Of a stretch of 53,620 bases of DNA, positions 34,702-47,400 are shown one piece after another. The notes beneath the pieces are model-generated. The model had not been told where the DNA came from. It made no database searches and saw only the letters and a list, made by a program, of their open reading frames with translations. Source of the stretch: Phoronis australis (lineage: Eukaryota; Animalia; Phoronida); contig NMRA01000189.1 of NCBI GenBank assembly GCA_002633005.1, positions 577,367 to 630,986 on the forward strand. Direction: 5' to 3'. How positions within the stretch are numbered: position 1 is the first letter of the stretch; every line of letters begins with the position of its first letter. A program made the position numbers and the translations under genes.

Positions 34702-34950
34702 GGGCCTGTTCCAAGAAACTGACTTAAGTTCATTTTTGACTTAAGTCTAAAATTTGTCTCAAATTGCGAACTTTGAAACTTCTACATCTGATAAGATAAT
34801 CAAAATTAAGACAATTCTTAAGTCAAAAACTTAAGTCGATCTGAAGATCCCTTTTTTGAAATGATCTTGAGACAGATTTAAATCTTGTCTTAAAATTGAC
34901 TGAAAGTTAAGATCTGTCTTAGCTAAGTCAGTTTTCTTGGAACAGGGCCC
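34702..34950. mobile_element. MITE with GGGCC termini and internal CTTAAG motifs (Harbinger-like)
   Basis: GGGCCTGTTCCAAGAAACTGACTTA ... TAAGTCAGTTTTCTTGGAACAGGGCCC; TSD not clear. Confidence 0.75.
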
Positions 34951-35039
34951 TTGTCTGTCAATCATCTAAGTTCTTAACAGGTCTTCCTGGAGGCAATTTG
35001 TTTGCAAGTGTTGGATTTTATATTTTAAACTATTAAAAA

Positions 35040-35151
35040 TAATTTTAAAAAATTATGGGTCATGGGTTGGAGAAATAAACAAAAAATATGGGCGGTGGGT
35101 ACGAAATAAAAGTGCCTTCCCCCCTCCCATACAGATTTTGCTGGAACAGCC
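35040..35151. mobile_element. Single end of the 23074-23644 MITE family
   Basis: GTGCCTTCCCCCTCCCATACAGATTTTGCTGGAACAGCCC matches that TIR. Confidence 0.75.
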
Positions 35152-38100
35152 CTCACCAGATTGCACCAGGTGGCGAGACTGAGTCGGCTCTCAAAAGAAC
35201 TGCCAAAAAGCGCAGACATTTCACAGTCCGCTCAAAAATAGACCGGAAAAGCGACGATTTAGGACAATGGGAAGCAGAGAAATGAAGCCCAGTCATCAAA
35301 AGCAGTACGGGTTACTGGCTGATGCTTTTGACTCATGCTGGAGGCCTACATGTATAATTACTAAGACCATAATAACCAAATTCGAGACTGATTACTGTAA
35401 CTTGTATTTCATAAAATGAACAGAAGCCAGGAAAAGGTACACACAATATTAGATGTCGCAATAAACAAACAAAAGAACATCACTGTACACATCACTACAC
35501 ACATTACGTACACATGACATTTCAGTACCCTGACCTTAGACAGCATTACATAATACATTTATACACTTATCTTGTTCTAACTGTTACCTTTTCTACATTT
35601 TGTTGTTCTCAATTAATACCCAAATGTCTAATGCAATAGGTATGCCTGTTTATATCAGTCAGTAAAATTTATTCTACAATGCGTTTTCTCTAAAAAAACA
35701 CAGACATACTGAAGCAATCGCTGTTTAAAGATGCCATTTTTTGTTTTAAAGAAACTCTTAGTTACAGACACTGTACCTGACACAGATATTACAAATGGTG
35801 CAACCAAGCATGGTAGGAGCGCCCCCAGTGAGCAGCACAACACAACACAATGGTGGTTAGTGCAGTTTTGTCAGAGGCTTCATCAAGTACAAGGGAACGA
35901 AAAATGTTAACAGAAACGCCATTACTGTTCCTGAGTTTCCTCGAGATCACAGGAACTAGCATGTCAAAAAATTCCAGAAATTGGAAATTTTTACACCCAG
36001 CCATTTGTTCTGGGGCTGGGCAGGAATAAGGACAAACAAGATACCATAATTTGAGTAGTTTTGTTAAAGAGAAGTTGACTGCTGGTCAGTTACCGATATA
36101 TGAAACAGTCCCAACACTCGTGTGCCCTAAATTTTCAGCACATTTTTGGACTTAATCTCCATTGCTACACTAATTTTTAGCTTGCTGATTAAAGAAAAAG
36201 TATTACACATTGAACTCTTAATATCATTCTTAAATTAGGGGTGTTGCATGAAATGAGTTGACGTCGAAATAACGGCAAGGTTTTCATGCATTACCAGAAA
36301 ATCTCGTGAGTGAAAGAGGAACTCACAGCACAGATAATGTGAGTGGTGAATAAAGTCTACAAATGCACTGAAAATGTAAGGTACATGGTCCCTATGGGGA
36401 CTGTATCATGCAATCATCCACAGAAACCTGGAGGTTTGAGACAATGAGAAACTATCATGAAAACGGTAATGTGAAATACATGGTAATATGCCTGACACAA
36501 GCCGCCCCGCCACGCCACGGCATGCACTGTGGGGCGGTGTTGCTCACACAAGGTGAACAACGAGTGAAGTGCAGTTGTACAACTACTGTACACCAGGCCA
36601 GCTCCTGCTTTACTAAGCGACCGAATGAGACATCTGTTCAGGACATGCTGAATGAGACACTCAACTGTAACAAAACTGGTGACTTCAGATAAACACTAGA
36701 AATTAAAAAGATCTTATCACACAAGATTTCCAAGATTTGCTGCTATAAGACAAAAGGCACAGGTACATGCCACTATTTACAATACAAACTCAGGGCACAC
36801 AAAGGTGATAACTACAACATGCGTCCCCAAGATCTTCTTACTCTCCACTGTAACATCTTTGAATACATTACTTGCACTGCGTACTCGTTATTGCACAAAT
36901 CCTAATTGTCCATGGTGATCTGTTTGACGAGTAGTGCAGCACACCAGCTGACAAAAGATCCTACGATGACTTTCGATGTAGCCAGATTTTTAACCAAAAA
37001 GCTTGAACTTGTCCTCGACATATTAGCAGCCAACCATCATGCACAGTCATGCATTGTGGAGACATGCACCATACACAGTCACAGCATTTGGCATAAGACT
37101 GCCGAAGAAAAACTGCCCATCATGTGTGCCACAAACTTTTACACCATACAAGCAAGTGCAAATTTACATTAGGTAGCTACAGCACTAAAGACAACAGCTA
37201 AAATCTTCTCAAAATCCAATCCAAAAGCTGCTTAGTCAAATTTCATCTCTTAAGGTCAGGCAGTAAACCACAGACAGTCTTTTCACAACACATGATTTTT
37301 AACCTCAACCTAAACGAAACATTCAGATTAGTTCTAATGCAAAATGATGACTTCAACACGATAAAACAAAATCCGGAAAGCCTAGACTCTTATTAACTCT
37401 TAGGATAGGAGGAAAGACAACAGACAAAAGTTCTTAAACAGATCTAAGAAACGACCAGAACCTAATCAGTGCATCGCACCCAAGGCAAACTTGCCTTGAA
37501 TGATCACATTTGTTTTTGGCCAAAATATGAGTACGAACTTTAAAATTAGCACGTATGTAAATTAAGTTAAATGGTTTAATAGTGTATAATCCGAAACGTC
37601 GATCAACATGTTGTTGTTTACATACGAGCTAATTTTGAAGTCTGGAATGATGACCTTAAAAATGTTTTGTACTCCCATGAAAAATTATTGCTAAAATTGC
37701 CAATTTTCTATTTTTTCAAGTCTTACTTATCATTTTATTGAAATGCTACCAAATCTTCAGCGAAAGTAGTACCACACAGACCACGCTGTTAACAGACGTA
37801 ATTTTCTTGACAAAAAGTAAATTCTGCAGAGAAACATGACAAAATAAAATTCCACTAGCTCACCATAGCCTGTCCTATACTGGAGAATGATTGATAATCC
37901 TTGTTAACCAAGCAGTGCTACCTCCGCTTAATTAAAGTAGTATTTGCTCAGAGTACATATTGATGTCCAAGGTACTGTAGCAGGTGACAGCCAGCCTAGA
38001 AATGCCAGTGTGGTAGTATACTACGAGAAGAAATAGTAAACGACGCAATACATAAGAAATATGAGAAAAGGAAATCCCAAATTCCGGGTCCTTTCTTTAT

Positions 38101-38389
38101 CCTCTTCATAATTTCAGACCTATCTCATGTTGTGCTCACTCCTAACACTCTCTAATACCAGTCACTTCTTTCAGCAGGCATTTCGACCGAACTGCGAAGA
38201 ACTATCCACAACTGTCTAGCTGTGTGTTATGACAAGCATGCACCGTCGCCAGCTTGATGCCACCCTGGCAACGGGTGCACCAGGCAGCCACAAGAGTCCC
38301 CAATCAGACGACGGTTTCCCTCGTAGTTTCATACACACTCGGCTGTTGCGGGTCGGACAGGGACCCTTGTGGCCGAGTGCAGGCTATTA

Positions 38390-38468
38390 TCAACTCCCAC
38401 TGGCTGCTTCTAATTCTGTCAGGCCACCGTTTTCGGTTAGAGCTGTGTGGTTTGTCATACTCTGCAAC
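38390..38468 (-). CDS. TBK1: TBK1 probable terminal exon
   Basis: TTTTTATGCTTCAG acceptor; MLQSMTNHTALTENGGLTELEAASGS stop. Confidence 0.65.
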
Positions 38469-41400
38469 CTGAAGCATAAAAATGACATTAAGCATAGCAT
38501 GTAACACGCAGACTGATGTGCATATGAAGCTGGAGGTGCAAATGGCACCACTTGAGGGGGCCATGGATGCTGAGCCCCTCTGGTAGTGACTAAAATGCTG
38601 GTGACGGCATGGCAGCTTTAGGGCTCGTTCTTGTGACATCCTATAACTGCAAAATGAACACATTTGGCAAGACGCTTTGTCAAAGTCAGAACAAATGAAT
38701 ATTAATTGGTAATACTATCAGAAAATTGGTCAAAAACATCTGCTCAAAATTTCTGTTGATTCTTTGAAGAGCATTTATTTAGCACAAATGTTACAATTTT
38801 TGTCAAAACTGACGCAATTTCCTATGGCCATGATTTTGGACCTGGCACCGAGAATATTGTTCACTTAACTGCCATTAGCTTGTGCACAAACGATGTCAAC
38901 TGGAGAACAGCAAAGTGCAACTTGCACAGTCCTACATATCTGTACAGTCAGTCACATACCCACATCAGTGTCACCCACACCACCCCAGAATGTATGGGCT
39001 GGAGGTGGCAACATTACACTGCCGTCAACAGCAAACAGTTCCATACACAATTCCGTGTGAACTACATGGATTGACCGGTTACAATTAACAAGATGGTTCC
39101 TTTGTGAATATGTCGTGTGCACAGCAACAAGCAATCTTTTGCAGCACTGTATAGCCAACAAAGACAGTGGAGCGACAAAGTGGGATATGTCTGGGTCAGT
39201 AAATGACTCCAGGACTACCTAATTAGACAAAATGTACTTGCTTAACTGTCACTTACATGCCAATCAATCTTTCGTTTTCTTCACCCATGTCACCTATTTC
39301 TTTGGTCATCGTTTGGAGCTGGTTGATTCTGAAAGTAAAAGTGAACAAAATGGACAAACAAGCTAAAAGACCACCAACGCTTGGAAGTCCTTAATTAAAA
39401 AACAGCTAACACCATCTAGAGTTCAATCGTGGAAGCAACCAATTTCCACCCACATTTGGAGCATATCCTGCACAGCAATTCAAGCCAACATACTGCACAT
39501 GGCAAAACATAATCGGACAAATGGCCATTTTCTGTAATGATGAAAAATGACCCGTCATTGACCTACTCGGGTGAATCTTCCTAGTGCTCAGTCATCATGA
39601 CCACAAACTCCAGGTGATTTTGTTTGATTAGTACAACCTTGCACTGTACAGAACCTGGTGTCAGGGTAGAATAAACAGTCCGTATTTCCCCACCAGGAAA
39701 TCACCTTTAAACTGAGCAAGGAATAAACTGGGTTGTGCAAATGATAGCTAAGCCGAAGACAGGTTTCAGAGCAAGCACTCTCGTTAACTTATCATCCACT
39801 GTTGATTCCAACACACTGTTGTGTGATTGCTGGACAGAGGAGCACTGTTCCTCCAATTTAAATGCTAGCCATAACGAACACAGTGAAACCCACTTAATGT
39901 CATAACGGATTATAGAATGTCCTGGTTGTTGTCATGAAATGTCAAAAAAATGAATCATTTCCCATTAAATCCGTGTAAAATAATCCACAAAATGTAATGA
40001 TTTGTAGTCATGATTCCCAGATATTGTCATTAAAAAATCAACAAAACTGATCCTCACTTGCTTACTAGCATTGTGTACCTTTGCGTTTCTCCCTAGAAAC
40101 TAAATGTAACTCATTATAAGCCAGGGATAAAAATCTTTTGTTTCATGTTTACCTGTTTTATTCCGAGACTCCCCACTTGGCATGACTAGCTGATAAGAAC
40201 GGTTACAATCACCTTCAAGATGGAACCCATATAAAGGAACAACCTGCATATTATTATAATTTATGCCAAAACCGAAGGTATGATACTAAGCAGGCTTCAC
40301 AGTAACAAGTTTAATGAGCAAAAATCAAGTTAAGGACGCAACAAATATCTGTGGAAAAACATTATTAGCCCACCAAAAACTTACTGTTCCAACAACTGTA
40401 AAGGCTGGAAGGCTGAACTTCCTTGAGTCTCTTCTTGCACTACGGTCTGTGCAGGAGTCGCGTCCGGTATTTCATGGACAGTCAGTTGGTTTGGTCCAAT
40501 GGCCACTCTGCCAGTCTCCAGCTGGTCAACCAGTTGAGTCATATTTTGAGAATGAGAGTTGTGTTTCTGCAAAGGTGGTGAAGACAGACGGTGAACAGTG
40601 CAACACGCTGGCAACAGTACAATACAATACAAAAACAGTCAAACAAAAGTCTGTCGTCACAGGTCATTATTGCATCTGATTGGTTGGTTAACTCTGTTCA
40701 CACTCAATCATCTTGACAGGGAAATCAGATTACTAGGCCAAAAAATGCATAGTTGGTGTCTGGTCTCAATCCTGACTTATTTTGCGACTAAAACACAAAA
40801 ATGCCAGACTGCATCAATTTCAGCCAAGGTCTCATGTCTTTTTTGTACAGCTGTACAGAGACACATAAGCAAGGGTAAGTAAAGTTTGAAGCGCCATGAT
40901 TTGAAAAGCGAAGCTGGTCTCAGGTGGATTGTCATTTTTTGAAAAAGTGAGCAACAAAAAAAAATACCATTATTGGTTTTCCAAACAATTTAGACCAGAA
41001 CAAACTGTGTTCATTTGGACATGGCAGGAGTCATTCACTGCAATATCAGCATTAACTCTACTCTACCCATGATGATCCAAAGAGGATATTGACCCAAAGG
41101 CAAAAAAATCCACATTGCCACTAGAGGGCAACACAGCAGTCAGACGCATCTCAAATTCACCGTCAGCCATACACTTACCAATACCTATACATGACGATTT
41201 CCATAATGTTCCTTGTAGTAGTCTGGCTGATAGAGAGGCAGATGATAAACTTAAAATTTCACTAAAACGGTACTAAGAACTGCCACTAGTAGGCACACAA
41301 TAGGACGAAACCATCCGAAAACAGGAAGCTGTTATCACCTCTTTAATAGAAACATATGAAAAACTCAAAAGAGGAAATGACTAAATTAGCACTAAGGGGG

Positions 41401-44400
41401 ACAACGCTAATCAGATTCATGCAAACGTCATCAGCATCTGCAGTCATCTTCACATGACAAATTTAACAAAGATCCTTCAAGGGGTTTAGGAAATACACCT
41501 GCAGACGTGAAGAAAACAAAACTCGAAAGTAATAAAAATGCCCACAAGATGGCATACTAGTACAATACATCAAATCCATCTGAAAATAGGATGGTGTCAT
41601 CGCCCCTTTAAACCAAGCTACTTGTCCTATTTCATGAAAATGCGTCCAAAGGCGGAAACTGCGAACTAGATATGACTGTCACAAATGGACAATGAAGTTC
41701 AACATTTAACAAACTTCAATACCCACAACATCAGATTGTAGTTGACACGATGTATCTAATATAACTGAAATCTTTAACATGACGATAAAGACTCAATTTG
41801 TGTTATAAATTGGCACAAATGAAAGGTTGAGTATAGTAAAAAATCTGCATTTTGGAACAGCCTCTAAATTTTGGAACGTTGAAATTCAACCCAAAATTGA
41901 ATTGTTTTGTTTTTGATGGCTGGCTTCTGAGCAATCTTGGGGTTCATCCTCTTCCCCAATTATCTTAAACTGTTTTTCTTATCAACAGAGGGGGACGATG
42001 GACTCATTAATTCTTAAAATCTTTGAAAAAAGCCGTTGATGCAACATGTTCAAGTGTCCCCATGATGTGAACTACGGAGATGAATGATCCTTTTCATGGT
42101 TCTTAAGATTCAAATTTGGGACTGGCGACTTTCTAAAATATGCACAAGCTGCAACCATGAGCCAAACAATTAATTTGTCACCCGTCTCAAAGTGGAGAAT
42201 GTTTCCCGCAACTTTAATGTCAACCTCCTATTATCATGCCGAGAGCTACATACACTGTACAACACTATAACCAAGACCAGTCGCCTACCTCTTGGAGGCT
42301 GGCTGCAAGCTTCTTCTGTTGGTCCGTCAAGACTGTGATGTTCTCAGCCATCTTGTGCTGTCTTAGTCGTACCTGATGTGCCTTGCGGAACCACGCGCTG
42401 AAGTACTGGAACATGCCCTTGAGCTTGGCATAGCACTGTGACTGTGCCAAGTTAACACCAGTCGAACAATTAGTATTCATGGTGTTCCTGATGAGAGAAA
42501 ACACCATACAGTTATTTTGTATTGATGGTGTTCCTGATGAGAGATGACACCATACACTTAGTATTCACAGAGTTCCTGATAAGAGAAGACATCACACAGT
42601 AAGTATTCAGGGTGTTCCTGATGAGAGATGACATCACATATTTAGTATTCATGGTGTTCCTGATGAGAGAAGACACCATACACTTAGTATTCACCGTGTT
42701 CCTGATGAGAGAACACAACATACACTTAGTATTCACGGTGTTCCTGATGAGAGAACACAACATACAGTTAGTATTCATGGTTTTCCTGATGAGAGAACAC
42801 AACATACTGTTAGTATTCATGGTGTTCCTGATGAGAGAAGACACCATACAGTTAGTTAGCATTCATGGCATTCCTGGTGAGAGAAAACACCACACACTAA
42901 GTATCTTGATCTTCAAACACTTGGTTTTCAATGCATGCCCAGTCAAATTGGATGCTGTTCATAAGCTCCATACTAAATCCAATTCTTTTGATCGCACAAA
43001 TTAACAGGAAACAAAAATGCAGAACATACAAAGTATTTGGCTCACATACAAACCAATACAATGCATAGTTAAAGCCAGTCTACAAACTAAAAACTAATAA
43101 AATTTTAAAACTAAAGCCACAAGTGTCTAAGTAGAATTTCTTGAAAACATGAAAATAATTGTCTGTAAACAAGAATTATAAGAGTACTAGATCAACTCAC
43201 TTGAGAACTTTATGAATCTGTTCCTCGTTGTAGGTCAGTCTCTTCAGCTGTTTATCACGCTTGAAATCGATGCGAGTTTGGTCGACGCTCTCGATTATCT
43301 TGAGAAGTTTAGAATTACTGAAAAGAGAAAATATCTTCGTCTTCTGCACACCAAGGTTACATAAAATATAGCCTAAGATTCGTAATTAGGAGCAGCTCCA
43401 CAACTAGCTACATGCAGTACAGTGCCACGCTTATCGCATCTTGAATTATTGTCAATTGAGCAAACCACTCAAGTCACAGATAATGAGTACAATATGTAGT
43501 ACTACCAATTTTGAATCTGCAATGTACAGTTAGCCAGCCCCAATTAAATCATTTTCTTAAGTCAGCGATGGTTTCTGCCTTCTTGCAGGTAACAAAATAG
43601 AATCCTATCATGATTTGGAAATGTAAAGAGACTGATTGTATAAGAGTAAAACGCCCTTTTGATTTTTTGTTGTTTTTTAACCAGTGAAACAGGTTAAAAT
43701 GCAGCTTTAAGTGGCCACCCTCTATTTCTTTAAATTTCTAATTTAAACACCCACGTTTAGTTAAGCACCGAGGGTAATGACCTGAATAATTTCAGTACAT
43801 TGCTTTGCAATTTATCTGCTCTTTAAAGTACTCGTATTGCATTAAATTGTACTATGATATGTGTATGAACAAACAAATGATACTTAACCCTAATGACAAT
43901 CTTATAGGTCAATACTATCCAAGACCAATATAATAAGAAAACCGTCCCGTGAATTTGATATCGAACTACCACTAGAGGGCACACAACTAGGTGAAATTTG
44001 AAAAGTGGCAGATGCTGTCCTGCACTTGACAGGAACATCACTTCCAAATTAATTGCCACTAGAGTGTGCCACACAAGTCTAATCTGACCAAAATTGCTGG
44101 CGCTTTCGTCATCTTGATAAAATTTTGCTGCTCAATTTCATGAAGACCTTCAAGTAAAAAAATTGCCAAACGGACTAATCAGTAGTCAACTCCAATTAAA
44201 AGTCAATGCGACAAATGACATTAAATTTAACTTGTTAAATGCATTTATCGTCATTATTTTGACATTTGTCTCTTTATTTTGATACCAGTCCTTAGGGTTT
44301 ATTTTGCATTACTCATCTCTATTTATAGCCTCAAGGGCCTACTTTTGTATGCATACATTTCTCTACGCGACACCTGATTGGTCGCCCATATTTCCTTTGT

Positions 44401-47400
44401 TCAGTTCAACGTGGTCTCTCTCATTCAGCCACCTACCTCGTCGTCTACAAGACCTACGTTCGTTCTCTCATTTTTTCCCCACCTCCCATCCCGGGTGTTG
44501 GTTTCACTTTCTCTTTTTTCATATACATTTCCTGTTAGGTTTTTTTCAAGTTTTGTGTTCATGTTCTGTACTTTTCCTTTAAGCCCTTCAGGCAGTTCTT
44601 TTGTTTTGTTCCCTCTTTCAGGGCTATTCATTGTACACACTGGTGGGCGTTTTGTCCATGCCCATCTTGCAGAGTCTTAGTTAGTTTTATCTATTTACGT
44701 CATAATAAATGACAATATTCGCAATCGTCCTCTTGTTTTACTCTGCAACAGAGCTCATGGCGTACCCCGGGCAAAACAGATTACGATAAATCAGATTATT
44801 TATGAATACGAAGTTTGGTAGGTAGACTGAGAGATAGACTTAAGGCAGTTACCAGGACACGTTGTCAAAGGTGACAGCAAAACGCAACTAACTGTTCTAG
44901 TGTATGCTGGCATTTAACATGATCATGACTGGTACTATGCACCCACATAAGTATTATATAGGTGCACTAAAAAACTGTGAAATCCTACTGCCTCTAATTT
45001 CCAAGATGAGCAATAGGTGGTGCTTAACGTTGCGCAATAAAATGCTTACCATCTTCCAACAAAAGGCCAATCAGGGACAAGCAAGCTTCAATGTGCAACT
45101 AGTCTAAAGTGCAGGTTAGTTCAAACACACGTACTTAACAGGTTAGTTTACATCATGGTAAAATAATAATTCACATTTTCTATTTTAAAGCAACTCTCAC
45201 AACAACAAGAAGCATTTTAGAGAAATGCGTATTGATATCATGAATATCAAATCACTTGGTTTCTGATGATTTGAAGAAATCAAATCAAATCAAACCATAC
45301 TCCAGTGATTCTTTGAAGATAACTGAACTCACCAGGACAAACTCACTGAATATCTACACTTTGATGAGATTTTAAATTCCATCAAAACTGCGGCAGTCCA
45401 ACATCAACCTTAACTTTCCTTTTGCAAATGTCTAACTGAGGACACCTGCCCAAATGTCTGGCAGTTATTTTCCACAGATTGGAAACAAGGTCCAGAACAA
45501 TGCTGTCAGTGATGAAGCAACTGTTCATCAGATGAACACAAATGACACAAACATCAGCTACGTTACAGAAAGGCTATGAGTATTAAGTCAGAAAGCAATT
45601 TGCCAACTTCATACAAACGTCCACTTTACATTTAGCTTTGAAAACGTGTTATCGCATGTAAACTATAGTGTAAATCAGTCTGAATAGGGTCACACAGAAA
45701 AGCATGGTATCCAAAGAAACAATGATGAAGCAGTCTTAGATAAAGTTAACTTATTGTCAATACTATCGCAAGACTGTCTTTGTTGAACTTGCATCGCAAG
45801 TTAGAAGAGGAAAAAACTAGCTATCGAAAGCTCAAATGGCAGCAATAGTCACTTACAGCAGTCTGGTTTTTTGAGAACCAGTTTTCTCCATTGAATAACA
45901 GGTATCATCAAACTGGTACTCTAAATGTAAGAGGTCTTTAAGTGAGTATTGCCCCAAGTGAAAATACTGCAGCGACTAAACTACTAAGAAGCTCCACACA
46001 ACATTTCCTCATTCACACTATGTCGCAACTGGCCAAAAGGGGGAGCCAGAGCAACAGGTGTACTGGTGTGGATACCACCATCATTGGATTAGTGAAAAAA
46101 CTAAGTCATTAGCAACTTTTGAGTTGTCTTCAGTGTGTTCGCACACCATGCAGATAAAATATCAGAGTTCAGTGTTATCAAACAAAACCTGAAAATCATG
46201 AGTTGGGATTAGAAATGCCAGTACCTTTAGGGTAGGTATTTAGTAGACAATGGCCACCAAAGTTGTGAAAGCTTTATGTCGCACTACACACTGTTATAAA
46301 ACCTACAGCATGATTGCTGGTTGAAAGGTTTCTTACCAGAACATGTTAGTAATGATGTCCTATATCAACTTAATTGATTTATTACCACCAACTGATTCTG
46401 TAACTAACATGGACTATGACTGCTAAAGTTGCATTTAATTTTTTTATGGAGTTTGACAAAGACAAGGCTGCTCGTTGAAATATTGTATACAAATCTTCGC
46501 ACTACAAAGTTAATGCAATCGCGTCACTATGTACACCAGTGGGTTGTAAATTTCCGCCTCAAGAAAATTGCATTTTCCACAGCACATGTGTCGTTTCTTT
46601 GGATTATAAGTAAGTGGTATGCAAATAATAACTTGAGAACACACTGACCGTTTAGGGAAACTTAAACCGCCGACAAGAATTACTCTTCCGGCCGTTCACA
46701 TTACTATTGTTTTCGTCAATAGCAAATTAAATTACTGGAGAAAACGTCTGGTGCTTTCAGACACTGTACGGTAAAAATAAAGGATAGTGTGGCAGACAAT
46801 TGTTGAAATTATATTTGCTCACTATTTTCTTCATAAAAGTTACTTAGCATTAAACATAATACTCTGCGACAGCCACGGCCAAGATCTGCAACGTAGATAC
46901 AGACACTGTGTTTGTAACTGCAAAGTAATGTTAAGAGCGGTTGCCAAAATGAAAAACTAAGGCAACTAGATGGTTGATTTTGTCCAAAATTGGCGAGACG
47001 TTACCAAAGTAGATCTTAGGTCACATCATATGAATAAAACAATATATTACGTTAGCTTTTCAAATAAAAGTCTTAAAACACGAGACGACATAACTGAACA
47101 CAATATCCCAGCATGCACCACACCCTGTAGCTATAGAAATCATGCAAGCACATACCTGATTGACTGCAATTAACTTGTGGAAAAACAAAAGGTACTACTT
47201 AACATGAACATGAAACCAAATCCATGGAAACAGCAAGGCAAGGCACCAAAACTGAAAACTGATCATCCAACTAATTCTGAAAATAACACAAAATTCAATT
47301 TTTGCTTTTCTCTCCACCTAATTCAAAATCCTCAATTTTGTTTTGCACAAGTAAGGCACTGTTTCACATGTACTCCAAAACTGCAGTGTGTAAAGTATTC

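Noticed and set aside
42470-42897. CRISPR-like array, or the 116-aa and 130-aa repeat ORFs as genes
   Set aside because: Units are contiguous with no unique spacers, the context is eukaryotic with no cas genes, and the ORFs arise from a 42-bp (multiple of 3) unit.
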